Positions 21,944 through 33,785 of a stretch of DNA of 64,000 nt are shown here, one piece after another. Position 1 is the stretch's first letter; each line of letters begins with the position of its first letter. Source of the stretch: a bacterium. Lineage in GTDB: Bacteria > SAR324 > NAC60-12. Position numbers and translations under genes: made by a program. Location: positions 2,176,001 through 2,240,000 of the forward strand of contig OZ242383.1 of assembly GCA_965209155.1 (NCBI GenBank), written 5' to 3'. The notes beneath the pieces were generated by a model. It did no database searches. It saw only the letters and a list, made by a program, of their open reading frames with translations, and was not told the origin of the DNA.

Positions 21944-22068
21944 GCGAACATTATCTATTTCAGAACAGGATGTCAATAATTTTTTAATCAACATCCGATT
22001 TATGTTAAGCAAGTGACAAAGCGAAGGAACTCATTATTGTCCTTCCATCCCTTATATAATGTTTGCTT

Positions 22069-22920
22069 TCACTCTCCAGCAATTTTCTGATTTCTTTCAG
22101 CCATGCCAGCGACCAAATTCGAGGAGGGAGCCATCCGCACCGTGATGCCCGCATCGACCATCAGGTTGTGTCCGGTTGTGTGGCGGCTTTCATCGCTGGC
22201 AAAATATAACGCCGCATAGGCAATGTCTTCCACAGTGCCGGCATGGTTCAGCGGCAACTCTTCATCAAAATATTCCGCCAACCGTTGAGTCCGGCGTTCA
22301 TTTTCTTCGGCAGATTGCGTATGGTGGCCTCCCCAGAAAATGGGGGTGACGATCGCTCCCGGGGAAATGCAATTGACTCGAATTCCAAATTCCGCCAACT
22401 GGGTGGCCCAGACTTTGGTGATGTGGATCACTCCGGCCTTGCTTGCCGAATAGAGAGGACCCGCGCCATCAGTGGTCACACCGGCGGTGCTGCCATTGTT
22501 GATAATGCTGCCGCTGCCTTGTTTTTTCATCACTGGCGTCACATATTTGAGACCAAGGAAACAGGAACCGAGATTGGTCATCAAGATCCGATTGAAATTT
22601 TCCACGCTAAACTCTTCCGGGGGAAGGTAAGATTCACCGATTCCGGCATTGTTGAACAAGACATCGACCCGTCCCCATTTGTCTGTGGTAGCATCAATCA
22701 AGGCTTTGACCTCCGCTTCCACTGAAACGTCGGTACGGATAAAATGCGCGTTCTCGCCTAACCGGTCTGCCAGCGCTTGACCGAGTTCCTCACCGCGCGC
22801 CGCAATCATCACACGGGCGCCTTCATTCACAAACATTTCTACGGTGCCAGCCCCCATGCCGCTATTGCCTCCTGTGACAATCGCGACTTTGCCAGCCAAT
22901 CTTCCCGAGTTTTCTGTCAT
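22069..22920 (-). CDS. SDR family oxidoreductase
   Basis: TGGNSGMG, NNAG, YSASK, IRVNCISPG. Confidence 0.95.
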   Translation of the reverse strand: MTENSGRLAGKVAIVTGGNSGMGAGTVEMFVNEGARVMIAARGEELGQALADRLGENAHFIRTDVSVEAEVKALIDATTDKWGRVDVLFNNAGIGESYLPPEEFSVENFNRILMTNLGSCFLGLKYVTPVMKKQGSGSIINNGSTAGVTTDGAGPLYSASKAGVIHITKVWATQLAEFGIRVNCISPGAIVTPIFWGGHHTQSAEENERRTQRLAEYFDEELPLNHAGTVEDIAYAALYFASDESRHTTGHNLMVDAGITVRMAPSSNLVAGMAERNQKIAGE

Positions 22921-23340
22921 GGTTTTCTCCTTAAGTTTAATTCAAATCAAAGGTTGAAATGAAGCTTTACGCAATAAGTTTATTTATACCTGCTTGTAGA
23001 GAGGATCATATAAAAAAATTTTGAGGAGGTCAACAAGCATATTTGTCCATCTTAAACCCTTGATTGCGAGTGCTCTTGTCATCCACGTAGCCATTGAATA
23101 TTACTGAATCTGTCCCTGAAACAGTCAAAAAAGGATCAAAATGGAAGAAAAAATATTCACCTACCTTCAATAATATCAGTGATTTGCATTTCAACTCAAA
23201 AAAAAATCAAAAATTTTTCTTAAAAAATTATTGACATATATATATTGCAGCTATCGTACCATAGAATTGCTGGAAAAGAGAGGAAGTGAATGAGGATTCA
23301 GTGTTCTTAAGAAATTTCTGGCCCGCTTCGTTGGACTGAG

Positions 23341-23509
23341 CGTGGCAGACGTTGTGTCTGCTGCGAAAATCCGATTCAATCCAGTATGGGTGAATCGTTC
23401 TTCTAACCCTCAATTAAGTGAGATTCCAATGGGTATTTTAACAAAACCCGACATCCCCGTTGCGGGGTTAAACGTGGCAGACGTTGTGTCTGCTGCGAAA
23501 ATCCGATTC
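23341..23509 (+). repeat. 37-bp direct repeat in the ABC transporter leader
   Basis: cgtggcagacgttgtgtctgctgcgaaaatccgattc at 23341-23377 and 23473-23509. Confidence 0.95.
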
Positions 23510-23560
23510 GTTCAGTAGTATGACGAATTAAATTATTTCACCTCAAATTTAAGAGGAATC

Positions 23561-25351
23561 ATGAAGAAAAGCAAAACCAGAATAATTCAATCATTATTAC
23601 TCACCTTCATTCTGATGGTGACCGCTTTTTGGGTCAGCCCGGCTGTGGCTGCCGAGAAAAAGATGGTCAAAGACCCGGCAACAGGCAAGATGGTGACGGC
23701 ACCCGAGTACGGCGGCACCCTCACCATCCCGGGCAAGAACGAGATCTTGGACCAGGACCCGTCAATCGGCGGACACTGGGCCGCCTTTCAGATCTCTATG
23801 GTCCAAGAGAAGCTGGCTATCCTCGACTGGGCTACCCCACGAGACGTGTATCCGATGACTTTCTATTACCAACCGTTCGAGCACTTGACCGGTTGGCTGG
23901 CAGAGAGTTGGTCGAATCCCGACCCCCAGACGTTCATCGTCAAGATCAAGCAGGGGGTCAAATGGCACAACAAGGCGCCAGTCGACGGCCGCGAGCTGAC
24001 CGCTGAAGACGTCGCCTGGACCTACCGCCGCATCGGTGGCCTGCTCGACTGGAAGCCGGAGTATTTCTACGTGTTGCGCAATTTTCCGTGGCAGTCCATC
24101 GAGTCCACCGACCGGTACACGGTCGTGTTCAAGTTAACCGAGCCGCGCATGGACCTGGCAGACAACGTGCTTTTGGAGGTCGGCACCTGGATCCTGCCGC
24201 CGGAGGTCATTGAACAGCACGGCAACTACTCCGACTGGCGTAACGTGGTCGGCAGCGGGCCATACGAGCTGGATGACTTCCAGCCGGGGGTACGCAAGCG
24301 GTGGGTGCGCAATCCCAACTACCATGGCTTCGACGAGAAGTACCCGGACAACAAGCTGCCCTACATCGATGAGATCATCTCTCTCCACATGGAAGAAGAG
24401 GCGACCGCCACGGCCGCGCTGCGCACCGGTCAGTTAGACATGCTCAATATCGGCGGTGGCATCACGCTGACCACCTTCGAAGCGGTGAATGCCGTCCAGA
24501 AGACCAACCCCGACATGCAGGTATTCCCGTACTACATTCGGGCGCTGCAGGTGTCCGGCATGAATATCCGCAGACCGCCCTTCGACGACATCCGCGTGCG
24601 CAAGGCCATGAACATGGCCATCGACCGGGACGCCATCAACGAGAGCTACTACGGCGGGTATGCCTACCCGACTGTGCAGGGCTTCGTCGGCGCCGCGATG
24701 GGCCCCCTCCACACACCGTTCGAGGAGTGGCCCGCGGATCTGCAGGCGGAGTACTCCTACAATCCCGAGAAGGCTGAGCAATTGCTTGACGAAGCCGGGC
24801 TTCCGCGCGGTGCGGACGGCGTACGACTGCGGGTCACCTACGACCACCGCGACGTCATCGACCTCGGTTGGGTCGAGATCGTGGCCGGCTACTGGAAGGA
24901 GATCGGCGTGGAGCTGGAGATCAACGTGATGGACACCGGCGCCTGGGTCGATCGCCGTTCCCGCGGGGTCTACGAGATGGCGACCGGCGACTCGGGTTGG
25001 GATTTGAATCCCACGCACATCATGAGCTTCTACGGCCACGCGCTGAACAACTCTTCGGACCAGTCGCGTGAATATGCCGGCGGGGTCGAGGACGCGACCA
25101 TGAGTCGGCTCTACGAGGCGTTCAACGCAGCGACCAGCAAGGAAGCGTGGATCCCGATCATGAAAGAGTTCAACGAGTACATCATGCGGCAGCACTTCCA
25201 GGTCTATGGCCACAAGGCGCCGCTGTTCCAGGTGGCCCAACCCTGGGTCAAGGGGTTCAACGGCGAGACGCAACTGCATGGTGCGGAGGAGCACCTGGTT
25301 CTCTCGCGGATCTGGCTCGACCAAGACCTTAAGCGGGAAATGGGGTACTGA
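23561..25351 (+). CDS. Peptide/nickel ABC transporter substrate-binding protein (family 5)
   Basis: Signal peptide, PEYGGTL, LAESW, GSGPY, PFDDIRVRKAMNMAIDR. Confidence 0.93.
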   Translation: MKKSKTRIIQSLLLTFILMVTAFWVSPAVAAEKKMVKDPATGKMVTAPEYGGTLTIPGKNEILDQDPSIGGHWAAFQISMVQEKLAILDWATPRDVYPMTFYYQPFEHLTGWLAESWSNPDPQTFIVKIKQGVKWHNKAPVDGRELTAEDVAWTYRRIGGLLDWKPEYFYVLRNFPWQSIESTDRYTVVFKLTEPRMDLADNVLLEVGTWILPPEVIEQHGNYSDWRNVVGSGPYELDDFQPGVRKRWVRNPNYHGFDEKYPDNKLPYIDEIISLHMEEEATATAALRTGQLDMLNIGGGITLTTFEAVNAVQKTNPDMQVFPYYIRALQVSGMNIRRPPFDDIRVRKAMNMAIDRDAINESYYGGYAYPTVQGFVGAAMGPLHTPFEEWPADLQAEYSYNPEKAEQLLDEAGLPRGADGVRLRVTYDHRDVIDLGWVEIVAGYWKEIGVELEINVMDTGAWVDRRSRGVYEMATGDSGWDLNPTHIMSFYGHALNNSSDQSREYAGGVEDATMSRLYEAFNAATSKEAWIPIMKEFNEYIMRQHFQVYGHKAPLFQVAQPWVKGFNGETQLHGAEEHLVLSRIWLDQDLKREMGY

Positions 25352-25381
25352 CCCCGGCCGGTAAAACGGTCCAACGAACGC

Positions 25382-25415
25382 GGGGTGGCGGGAACGAACC
25401 GCCACCCCTTTTCTT
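25382..25415 (+). terminator. Rho-independent terminator or stabilising hairpin after the SBP gene
   Basis: ggggtggcgg...ccgccacccc followed by ttttctt. Confidence 0.75.
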
Positions 25416-25442
25416 GCGTTACGAGTGTGGAGGTAAACTGAC

Positions 25443-26411
25443 GTGCGTGCATATCTGATCAGGCGGGTGCTGCTGGTCATCCCGACCCTCTTCATCGTCA
25501 CCATCCTCGTGTTTCTCTCGGTGCGCTTCATTCCCGGCAACATCATCGAGGTGATGGTCTCCCGGATGGGTTACGAAGGCGGAGGCGCGATCGACATTGA
25601 TGCCGCAAAGAAGCGGCTCGGGCTCGATGTCCCCGTTTACGTGCAGTACGCGCGGTGGATGGGGGACATCATCGTGAATGGCACCCTCGGTAGCTCGCTG
25701 TATGGCGGCTCGAGCGGCGACACGGTGGAGGCGATGATGTCCTCCAGGATAGGCGTGACCCTCGAGCTCGGGCTGCTGGCAATCCTGACCGGTCTGATCA
25801 TCGCGGTGCCGGTCGGTATCTATTCGGCGATTCGGCAGTACACGGTGGCCGACTACGTGGGCCGCTCGGTGGCGATCATCGGCCTGGCGACCCCGAATTT
25901 CTGGCTCGCGCTGCTGGTCATCATCTACCCGGCTATCTGGTGGGGTTGGACGCCCCAAATCGTGTACGTCCCCTTCGGCGTCGACCCGCTGGCCAACCTC
26001 TCCATATTCATCTTTCCCGCCCTGATACTGGGAACCTACCTGGCGGCCAGCACCATGCGCATGACCCGCACGATGATGCTGGAAGTCCTGCGCCAGGACT
26101 ACGTGAGGACGGCCTGGGCCAAGGGCCTCAAGGAGCGCAGAGTGGTGCTGCGCCACGCGGTCAAGAACGCCCTCATCCCGGTCGTCACGCTGATCGGCCT
26201 GCAGATCCCTATCATCGCCGGTGGCTCGGTCATCATGGAGAACATCTTCAATCTGCCCGGGCTCGGGCGCCTGATGCTGGACGCGCTCAACAACCGCGAC
26301 TACCCGGTGGTGTCCGGCGCGAACCTGTTCTTCGCCTCGGTCGTGGTGGTGATCAACCTGATCACCGACCTGACGTACGCCTTCCTGGATCCGAGGATTC
26401 GCTATGAGTGA
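25443..26411 (+). CDS. ABC transporter permease, DppB/OppB-like
   Basis: YLIRR, LGLDVP, QDYVRTAWAKG, LDPRIRY. Confidence 0.93.
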   Translation: MRAYLIRRVLLVIPTLFIVTILVFLSVRFIPGNIIEVMVSRMGYEGGGAIDIDAAKKRLGLDVPVYVQYARWMGDIIVNGTLGSSLYGGSSGDTVEAMMSSRIGVTLELGLLAILTGLIIAVPVGIYSAIRQYTVADYVGRSVAIIGLATPNFWLALLVIIYPAIWWGWTPQIVYVPFGVDPLANLSIFIFPALILGTYLAASTMRMTRTMMLEVLRQDYVRTAWAKGLKERRVVLRHAVKNALIPVVTLIGLQIPIIAGGSVIMENIFNLPGLGRLMLDALNNRDYPVVSGANLFFASVVVVINLITDLTYAFLDPRIRYE

Positions 26412-27384
26412 GCCACTGCCAGTCGATCCTAAAGAGGGGGCATCGGGCGCTTCCGCAGCCGAGCGCCGTCGACCCGTTGCGAGCTTCTTCCACCGGCTCC
26501 TGAAGGAGCAACCGCTGGGAGCTGCTGCCGGCGTCGTCGTCCTGGTGCTCGTCTTCGTCGCTATCTTTGCAGAGCAGCTGACGCCCTACGAGTACGACAT
26601 CGGCCGCATACGGGACCGGATGAAGGGGCCATCGCTCGAGCACCCGCTCGGTACCGACCATGCCGGGCGCGACGTGCTGGCCCGCATCTTGAAGGGCGCT
26701 CAAGTATCGCTGCTTGTAGGACTGACGGCAACCTTGCTGAACACGATGGTCGCGCTGCTGGTTGGTGGCACCACGGGATTCATCGGGGGCCGGATCGACG
26801 TCTACACCCAGCGCTTCGTCGATGCGTGGATGTCGTTCCCGGGATTGCTGTTGCTGCTCACCATCATGTCGTTAGTAGAACGAAGCCTCGTCATGGTCAT
26901 CGTGGTGCTCGGCGTGACCGGCGGCATCCCCGCCTCGCGGGTGGTACGCGGCGCAGTGATCGGTATCAAGGAGAACGACTACTTTCTGGCAGCGAAGGCC
27001 GTGGGTACTCCAGCGACTCGGATCCTGTTAAGGCATGTGCTGCCCAATATCGCTGCCCCGCTCATTGTCATCTTCAGTATCAACGTCGGCGCCGTCATCA
27101 TCGCCGAGGCCTCGCTGAGTTTCCTGGGCTTTGGCATGCCGGTGAACATCCCAAGCTGGGGCGGCATGCTGAGCCGCGAGGGCCGCAGGTACATGGAGCT
27201 GGCACCACGGTTGGCGCTCTGGCCGGGGCTGTGCCTGACGATTACCGTCTACTGTCTCAACATGTTCGGTGATGCCATGCGGGACCTGCTCGACCCCAGG
27301 CTGCGAGGCGGACAAGGCAGTTATGGCGCCACCAGGAAACGCAAACGAGGTCTGCTGGCCAGACTGATCAACCCCTTCAATTGA
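26404..27384 (+). CDS. ABC transporter permease, DppC/OppC-like
   Basis: HPLGTDHAGRD, RHVLPN, LSFLGFG, PSWGGML, GDAMRDLLDPR. Confidence 0.93.
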   Translation: MSEPLPVDPKEGASGASAAERRRPVASFFHRLLKEQPLGAAAGVVVLVLVFVAIFAEQLTPYEYDIGRIRDRMKGPSLEHPLGTDHAGRDVLARILKGAQVSLLVGLTATLLNTMVALLVGGTTGFIGGRIDVYTQRFVDAWMSFPGLLLLLTIMSLVERSLVMVIVVLGVTGGIPASRVVRGAVIGIKENDYFLAAKAVGTPATRILLRHVLPNIAAPLIVIFSINVGAVIIAEASLSFLGFGMPVNIPSWGGMLSREGRRYMELAPRLALWPGLCLTITVYCLNMFGDAMRDLLDPRLRGGQGSYGATRKRKRGLLARLINPFN

Positions 27385-27695
27385 TATGCAGACAAAAGCA
27401 GTTACCACAATAGCGCTTGTTCGAGTGCTCGAATCACCTGCGAACCCGAAGGCCCGCTAACAACAGGCGTCTCGATGCCACCAGGATAAAATTCAGGCAT
27501 GATCACGATTCAACTTGATAAAATCAAACCAATCCAGCATCATTTTGATGGCGACGTCGAATCCTTGAATAGCTGTTTCGGTTTCACGTGCACGTGCGCG
27601 ATTGAAGAGTAATAGCCAGACAACAGCTGAATTCAGGATAACGCGCACTATTTTCCTTAAAGAAATGCAAAACAGAACGAATGATTGGATACGAC

Positions 27696-28208
27696 ATGCA
27701 AAAACGCCCTGATTTCATCAAAAACTGTGAAGAATTGATTTCAAGCAAAACCTGGACTTACCCCGGAGATTCAGAGACTTTTGGTACTGAAGCCTTGCTC
27801 AGCCGAAAAATGGGATTGAAAAGAGTGGCGATCAACCTGGCGGTATTGCAACCCGGTGATCGCAGTTCATGGCCTCACGCGCACAAAGAAGAGGAAGAGT
27901 TTATCTTCATTTTTCAGGGTCATCCGCAAGTCTGGGTGGATGGTAGAGTTTATGACCTGGAACCCGGCGACTGCGTCGGATTTCCTCCGGGGACGGGACA
28001 CGCGCACACATTGCTCAACAACTCGGAAAACGTGGTCCTTGCTATCGTTGTGGGTGAGACGAAACCGGTCAACGAAAAACTGTTTTATCCCATGCATCCC
28101 GGAAGAAATGAGGAGATCAAGGAAAAAGGATTTTTCTGGCAGGAACACCCGCAACATGAATTCGGACTGCATGATGGATGGCCTGACAAGAAAAGGCCGG
28201 CCAAATAA
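27696..28208 (+). CDS. Cupin domain protein
   Basis: SSWPHAH.EEEEF and GFPPGTGHAH motifs. Confidence 0.88.
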   Translation: MQKRPDFIKNCEELISSKTWTYPGDSETFGTEALLSRKMGLKRVAINLAVLQPGDRSSWPHAHKEEEEFIFIFQGHPQVWVDGRVYDLEPGDCVGFPPGTGHAHTLLNNSENVVLAIVVGETKPVNEKLFYPMHPGRNEEIKEKGFFWQEHPQHEFGLHDGWPDKKRPAK

Positions 28209-28430
28209 TAACGAAAACTTCTTCAGAGATAACCCTGCTCTTTGGCTTCGGCTTCCACCTCCTCGAAATCTCGCATCACTTTGATCTTCGCATCGTATTC
28301 GGAAAACCCCTTTTTATCGATTAAAAATCGTTGTAACGCATATGTCATGTACGCCTGGAATTCTTTATGGTAGGAATTGAGATTATCCATGCATGCTCCT
28401 CGTCAAAGTCTTTTCCCCGGTTTGTTGCTT

Positions 28431-28655
28431 TCAATTAATATTTTTCCAATTCCCCTTATTTGCGGGGCTTCCACTTTTTTTCAATGCGCTGAAACACTGC
28501 GTCAGCAAAATTGCCGCCTCTTTGCGAATTACTTCCACTTGAGCCACGTCGGTGTCTTCGGGAAAGGAGAGTTTAAAATGAAGATCCCGAAATGCAAGAT
28601 CGAGGTGGGATTGCTCCTCTTCCATCGAATTTGCAAGAGAAATCAAAAAGGTCAT
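28431..28655 (-). CDS. Hypothetical protein
   Basis: 74-aa ORF directly downstream of icmF on the same strand. Confidence 0.45.
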   Translation of the reverse strand: MTFLISLANSMEEEQSHLDLAFRDLHFKLSFPEDTDVAQVEVIRKEAAILLTQCFSALKKSGSPANKGNWKNIN

Positions 28656-28667
28656 CTGAGATCCCGT

Positions 28668-31600
28668 TTACATATTTCTGCGATACTGTCCTCCATAACG
28701 ATACAATTCCTGTGAAATTTGTCCCAGTGAACAAACTTTGACGGTTTCCATCAAAGTTGTGAAAATATTTTTATTTTCCAGGCAGGCTTTGCGTAACTGT
28801 TGAAAGGCTCTTTCTTTTTCAGGCGCATGGAATTCATGAAATTGAGTCAGAGATTTCAATTGCATTTGTTTCTCTTCCTCGGTGGAGCGACTCAATGCGA
28901 GCGAATGTTCCGTTAGAGGGGGGTTGTCATTGAGAAAAGTGTTGATGCCAACCAGGGGTAGTTTACCGGAATGTTTCAGACTTTCATAATGCAGTGATTC
29001 TTCCTGGATTTTACTGCGCTGGTACATGGTTTCCATGGCTTCCAATACGCCCCCACGGTCCGCAATACGATTAAACTCTGCCAGAATTGCTTCTTCGACC
29101 AAATGCGTCAACTCCGAAATGATGAAGCTCCCTTGCAGTACATTTTCGTTTTTTGCCAACCCCAATTCCTGGTTGATAATCAGTTGAATTGCCAGAGCCC
29201 GCCGCACCGATTCCGCAGTGGGCGTAGTGATGGCTTCATCGTAAGCATTGGTATGCAAGGAGTTACAGTTGTCGTAAATCGCGTAGAGGGCCTGCAAAGT
29301 GGTGCGGATGTCATTGAAATCGATTTCCTGGGCGTGCAACGAACGTCCTGAGGTCTGGATGTGATATTTCAATTTTTGCGAACGTTCATTGGCATGATAA
29401 CGCTCCCTTAACGTGATGGCGAAAATCCGTCGTGCCACCCGACCAATGACAGCGTACTCGGGGTCCATTCCATTGCTGAAGAAAAAACTGAGATTGTGGG
29501 CGAAATCATCGATGGCCATCCCTCGGGAGAGATAATATTCGATGAAAGTGAATCCATTGGCCAGGGTAAACGCCACCTGGGTGATCGGATTGGCGCCGGC
29601 TTCCACCATATGGTATCCGGAGATACTGACTGAGTAAAAATTCTTGATCTGATTGGCTGTGAAATATTCCTGGATGTCTCCCATCATCTTCAATGCGAAT
29701 TCGGTGGAAAAGATACAAGTATTCTGTGCCTGATCTTCCTTGAGAATGTCTGCCTGCACCGTTCCCCGGATTTTCTGCAGCACTTCCTGTTGGATACGAT
29801 GGTAGACTTCCCCATCCACCAGCTGATCTCCTGAAACTCCCAGTGTATCCAATCCCAGTCCGTTGTGTCCTTCTGGAATACTTGTGCGATAGAGAGGGAC
29901 GGACTGGTCCCGTTTTTTATACAAGGCTTCAATTTTTTGTTTTGCCTTTCGCAGAAATCCTTCTTGCCGGAGGTAGACTTCGACTTGCTGGTCAATTGCC
30001 GCATTGAGATAAAAAGCGAGAATCATGGGGGCTGGTCCATTGATCGTCATGGAAACGGAGGTATCGGGTCGACATAGATCGAAGCCCGAGTAGAGACGTT
30101 TCGCGTCGTCGACAGTACAGATGGAAACTCCGGAATTGCCAATTTTTCCATAAATATCAGGACGTTGATGGGGGTTTTCTCCATAAAGCGTGACGGAATC
30201 GAATGCAGTACTCAAGCGTGTGGCTGGTTGACCGGAAGATAGAAAGTGGAAACGATGATTGGTCCGTTCCGCCACGCCTTCCCCCGCAAACATACGAGTG
30301 GGGTCTTCATTCTGACGTTTAAAAGGAAATCCACCTGCAGTGTAAGGAAATGATCCGGGAAAATTTTCCAATCCCATCCAACGCATGATCGTGCCCCAAT
30401 CCTGGTAGGGTGGCACAGCAATTTTAGGAATTGAGGTACCGGACAAACTCTCCACCCGGTTGTCCAGGGTGACATTTTTATTTCTTATCTGGAAACTGTA
30501 ACGAGCTTTGAGAAATTTTTCACGCTCCTCCCGGAACTTTTTGTAAAACCCGCGTTCCTGCAAAGAAATGGTAGCCAGCTTTTCATTGTAAAGATCCGCA
30601 ATGGGGCGTAAATCTGCGGTCAGGGGATCCCCATCGATGGGTTCAAAAGGCTCAGGCAAAGGACATAGCAGTTGTTTCAACGTACCGTAACTCTGGTAGC
30701 ATGCATCGGCTGAGCGGGCCGCGTTTTCGATACGGTGTTTGTACTGCTGGACGGTTTTCGTGATGTCTCTCAGGTACGTGCCCTGTTCGAGTGGAATGAA
30801 TGGCTTACTTTCGGAGATACCGGCAGGCGGTGCCGTTTTTTGCGGACGTTCCAAGAAATTCAATGCAACCACTTTTTGCATCAAATTGTGGTAAAACCAG
30901 TTGACTCCCGGATCATTGAATTGACTGGCAATGGCGCCAAAGACCGGCAACTCCTCGCTGGGAGCGTCAAATTCATTGTGATTGCGTCGGTATTGTTTTC
31001 GTACTGCGGTCAAAGCTTGATCTGCTCCTCGTTTGTCGAATTTATTGATGACGATCAAGTCGGCAAAATCCAGCATGTCGATTTTTTCCAGTTGAGTGGC
31101 AGCGCCAAAATCAGGGGTCATGGCATAAACGCTCACGTCCACCAGTTCCGTTATCTCGGAATCCCCTTGACCGATTCCCGCAGTTTCGACAAAAATCATG
31201 TCGAATCCGCTGACACTCAACATTTTCACTGCTTGATGGATCACGGGAGAAATCGCGGTATTGGAGTGACGAGTTGCCATGGAACGCATGAACACGCGAT
31301 TGGAGTCGATGGCGTTCATGCGTATGCGGTCCCCCAACAGCGCTCCTCCGGTCTTTCGTTTCGAAGGATCGACGGAGAGTACGGCAATACGAATTGATTG
31401 GAATTCCAGCAGCGCTCGTCTGAGCGTTTCATCCGTCAAACATGATTTGCCCGCTCCGCCCGTTCCCGTGATACCAATCACCGGAACACCGGGATTTTTT
31501 TCGATATGTCCGAAAACCTCACTAATCATAGCGGGTTGCTCGATGAATCGTTCAAGCCAGGTGATATTGCGGGCCAGTTCCCCAAAAGACACGGGATTCC

Positions 31601-32177
31601 GTTCTGAAAGACGAGGCGAGTAATCCGCCGCAATCGTGCTGAAGTCGGCTTGCCGGATCATGTCTGCAATCATTCCGTTCAGGCCCAATTCCTTGCCATC
31701 GTCAGAAGAATATAATCGGGTGACGCCATAGTCCATCAAAGCTTTGGCTTCTTCCGGAATGATCACGCCTCCGCCTCCCCCGAAAACCCTGATATGAGCT
31801 GCCTTCCTGGCTTTGAGCAGGTCTATCATGTATTGGAAAAATTCGGTGTGTCCTCCTTGATAGGAGCTCACTGCGATGGCCTGAACGTCTTCCTGAATGG
31901 CGGCGCTGACGATTTCCTCGACTCCCCGGTTGTGGCCCAGGTGAATCACTTCCACTCCACTTCTTTGCAAAAGCCGGCGCATGATGTTGATAGACGCGTC
32001 ATGGCCGTCAAACAAACTGGTGGCCGTGAGGAAACGAAGCGGATTTTTCAGTTCATTGGAAATTTTCCGTAATTTTTCATTGTTTGTACGACTCTTCCCC
32101 GAGTTTCCCGCAGGTTCTGAAAAATCTGACAACCTGGTTGATCGGGAATACTCATTGTAAGTGGAATGCATTTTCAC
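28668..32177 (-). CDS. icmF: Fused isobutyryl-CoA mutase / MeaB-type GTPase
   Basis: B12-binding DGHDASIN, P-loop GTGGAGKS, mutase domain [25 protein letters not shown]. Confidence 0.95.
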   Translation of the reverse strand: MKMHSTYNEYSRSTRLSDFSEPAGNSGKSRTNNEKLRKISNELKNPLRFLTATSLFDGHDASINIMRRLLQRSGVEVIHLGHNRGVEEIVSAAIQEDVQAIAVSSYQGGHTEFFQYMIDLLKARKAAHIRVFGGGGGVIIPEEAKALMDYGVTRLYSSDDGKELGLNGMIADMIRQADFSTIAADYSPRLSERNPVSFGELARNITWLERFIEQPAMISEVFGHIEKNPGVPVIGITGTGGAGKSCLTDETLRRALLEFQSIRIAVLSVDPSKRKTGGALLGDRIRMNAIDSNRVFMRSMATRHSNTAISPVIHQAVKMLSVSGFDMIFVETAGIGQGDSEITELVDVSVYAMTPDFGAATQLEKIDMLDFADLIVINKFDKRGADQALTAVRKQYRRNHNEFDAPSEELPVFGAIASQFNDPGVNWFYHNLMQKVVALNFLERPQKTAPPAGISESKPFIPLEQGTYLRDITKTVQQYKHRIENAARSADACYQSYGTLKQLLCPLPEPFEPIDGDPLTADLRPIADLYNEKLATISLQERGFYKKFREEREKFLKARYSFQIRNKNVTLDNRVESLSGTSIPKIAVPPYQDWGTIMRWMGLENFPGSFPYTAGGFPFKRQNEDPTRMFAGEGVAERTNHRFHFLSSGQPATRLSTAFDSVTLYGENPHQRPDIYGKIGNSGVSICTVDDAKRLYSGFDLCRPDTSVSMTINGPAPMILAFYLNAAIDQQVEVYLRQEGFLRKAKQKIEALYKKRDQSVPLYRTSIPEGHNGLGLDTLGVSGDQLVDGEVYHRIQQEVLQKIRGTVQADILKEDQAQNTCIFSTEFALKMMGDIQEYFTANQIKNFYSVSISGYHMVEAGANPITQVAFTLANGFTFIEYYLSRGMAIDDFAHNLSFFFSNGMDPEYAVIGRVARRIFAITLRERYHANERSQKLKYHIQTSGRSLHAQEIDFNDIRTTLQALYAIYDNCNSLHTNAYDEAITTPTAESVRRALAIQLIINQELGLAKNENVLQGSFIISELTHLVEEAILAEFNRIADRGGVLEAMETMYQRSKIQEESLHYESLKHSGKLPLVGINTFLNDNPPLTEHSLALSRSTEEEKQMQLKSLTQFHEFHAPEKERAFQQLRKACLENKNIFTTLMETVKVCSLGQISQELYRYGGQYRRNM

Positions 32178-32212
32178 TCCCCTGATTCAGGTCTGTTTTT
32201 CAATCCATCGAT

Positions 32213-32551
32213 TCATTTCAAGTAATCCCCCAGAGAAACGCTCTTGCGCGTCGATTGTGGATCGACGATGTGGGGAGCGGAGGGGGCTTCTTTGGGGCTT
32301 TTCATCATATATTTTCCCCAGATGGTGACCAACAGATAATAACCGAACAGTCCGCCCGTAACCAAGACTGCGGCTCCCAACAGACTGGAATCCTGCCCCA
32401 AATCAAAAACGATCAAAACTGCAGGAACAAATCCTCCCAAGGGATAATTTCGGGCATCTTCAGTACTGGTGAGTAAAATCATAATTTTGGCGCAGACAAT
32501 CCCAACGATTGCGCCAATGAGAAAAATACCGGCATACACCATTGCTTCCAT
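32213..32551 (-). CDS. Hypothetical membrane protein
   Basis: Three hydrophobic segments, RBS aggag. Confidence 0.7.
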   Translation of the reverse strand: MEAMVYAGIFLIGAIVGIVCAKIMILLTSTEDARNYPLGGFVPAVLIVFDLGQDSSLLGAAVLVTGGLFGYYLLVTIWGKYMMKSPKEAPSAPHIVDPQSTRKSVSLGDYLK

Positions 32552-32805
32552 CTCCTGATATCATTTAAATTCGCATGACTAATTAATTTTCCAAAATGTC
32601 CGATAGTCCTTCTCTTTTGACACAGGATGAGCAATTCGACAAGTCAAAATCGCGCAATGTATAGACTTCATAGCGATACGGAGTGTGGGACGGTGTTCAT
32701 GATTTTGACTTTTCCTCTGCAGGGAATGCGTGTAGCCTAAAAAATCATCGTACCGTTTTACAACGCTTTTCCTCTTGCAACCCTATAGATTTTCAGGGAA
32801 GTGGG

Positions 32806-33711
32806 ATGCAAACCCTAAAAACTTTAAAAAAAGCTCCGCGCTCCAATCCGATCAATTGGTATCCCGGACACATGCTACGGGCTAAAAAGCAATTGATACA
32901 GCGCCTGAAACAAGTCGACGTCGTCTTGGAACTACGTGATGCTCGCATTCCAATCGCTTCTGTCAACCCGGATTTTGAATCCATTTTGCAACAAAAAAAA
33001 CGCATGGTATTGCTCAACAAATCCGGTTTGGCCGATGCGAAAATCTCCCGGCAGTGGCTGGGCTTTTTCAAACAAAACCGGATGGCCTGTCATTTCATTG
33101 ATGTCCGGCAAAACCGGGGCGTTCCGCAAATCCTCCCTTTGGCCAGGGAATTGATGGAAGAAAAATGGATGCGCTTTCAGAAAAAGGGCATCCGTCCTCC
33201 TACCCTGAAACTGATGGTGGCAGGCATTCCCAACGTCGGAAAATCGAGTTTGATCAACAAATTGGTCAAACGGCACGTCGCGGCTACGGGTCCTCACCCG
33301 GGAGTGACGAAGCATGAAGAATGGATCAAACTGGGAAAAGATACCGAGTTGCTGGATACGCCCGGCATTCTCTGGCCTCGATTGGATCACCCCGAAACGG
33401 CCATGGCTCTTGCCGTGACGGGTGCCATCAAAGACCGTATTGCCGGAGAAGAGCGTTTGTGTCACTTTTTGATCGAGTTTCACTCGTGCCACTACCCGGA
33501 GGTATTGCGTGAACATTATCAACTGGAAGACTCGTCAGCCGATTCTGAAAGAATAATGGTTGCTATTGCTCAAAAACGTGGTTGTTTGAGAAGCCAAGGG
33601 GAAATCGACTTCCAAAGAGTCGCGAGACTGATCTTGCGTGATTTTCGTATGGGAAAATTAGGAAAAATTTCTTTTGAAAAACCACCTACCTCTGCTAAAT
33701 TGATTCATTAA
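32806..33711 (+). CDS. rbgA: Ribosome biogenesis GTPase RbgA/YlqF
   Basis: INWYPGHM, DARIP, GIPNVGKSS, DTPG (circularly permuted GTPase). Confidence 0.95.
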   Translation: MQTLKTLKKAPRSNPINWYPGHMLRAKKQLIQRLKQVDVVLELRDARIPIASVNPDFESILQQKKRMVLLNKSGLADAKISRQWLGFFKQNRMACHFIDVRQNRGVPQILPLARELMEEKWMRFQKKGIRPPTLKLMVAGIPNVGKSSLINKLVKRHVAATGPHPGVTKHEEWIKLGKDTELLDTPGILWPRLDHPETAMALAVTGAIKDRIAGEERLCHFLIEFHSCHYPEVLREHYQLEDSSADSERIMVAIAQKRGCLRSQGEIDFQRVARLILRDFRMGKLGKISFEKPPTSAKLIH

Positions 33712-33785
33712 AAGCAGATGCATTGACCGAGATACCCGAAGTCTCCTCCCGAGTCTTTTTTTCAAAGGGATTTGAATTTTCTAAC

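Noticed and set aside
24434..26156. Long antisense ORFs (370 and 245 aa) over the ABC genes
   Set aside because: Typical shadows of high-GC coding sequence, with no recognisable motifs.
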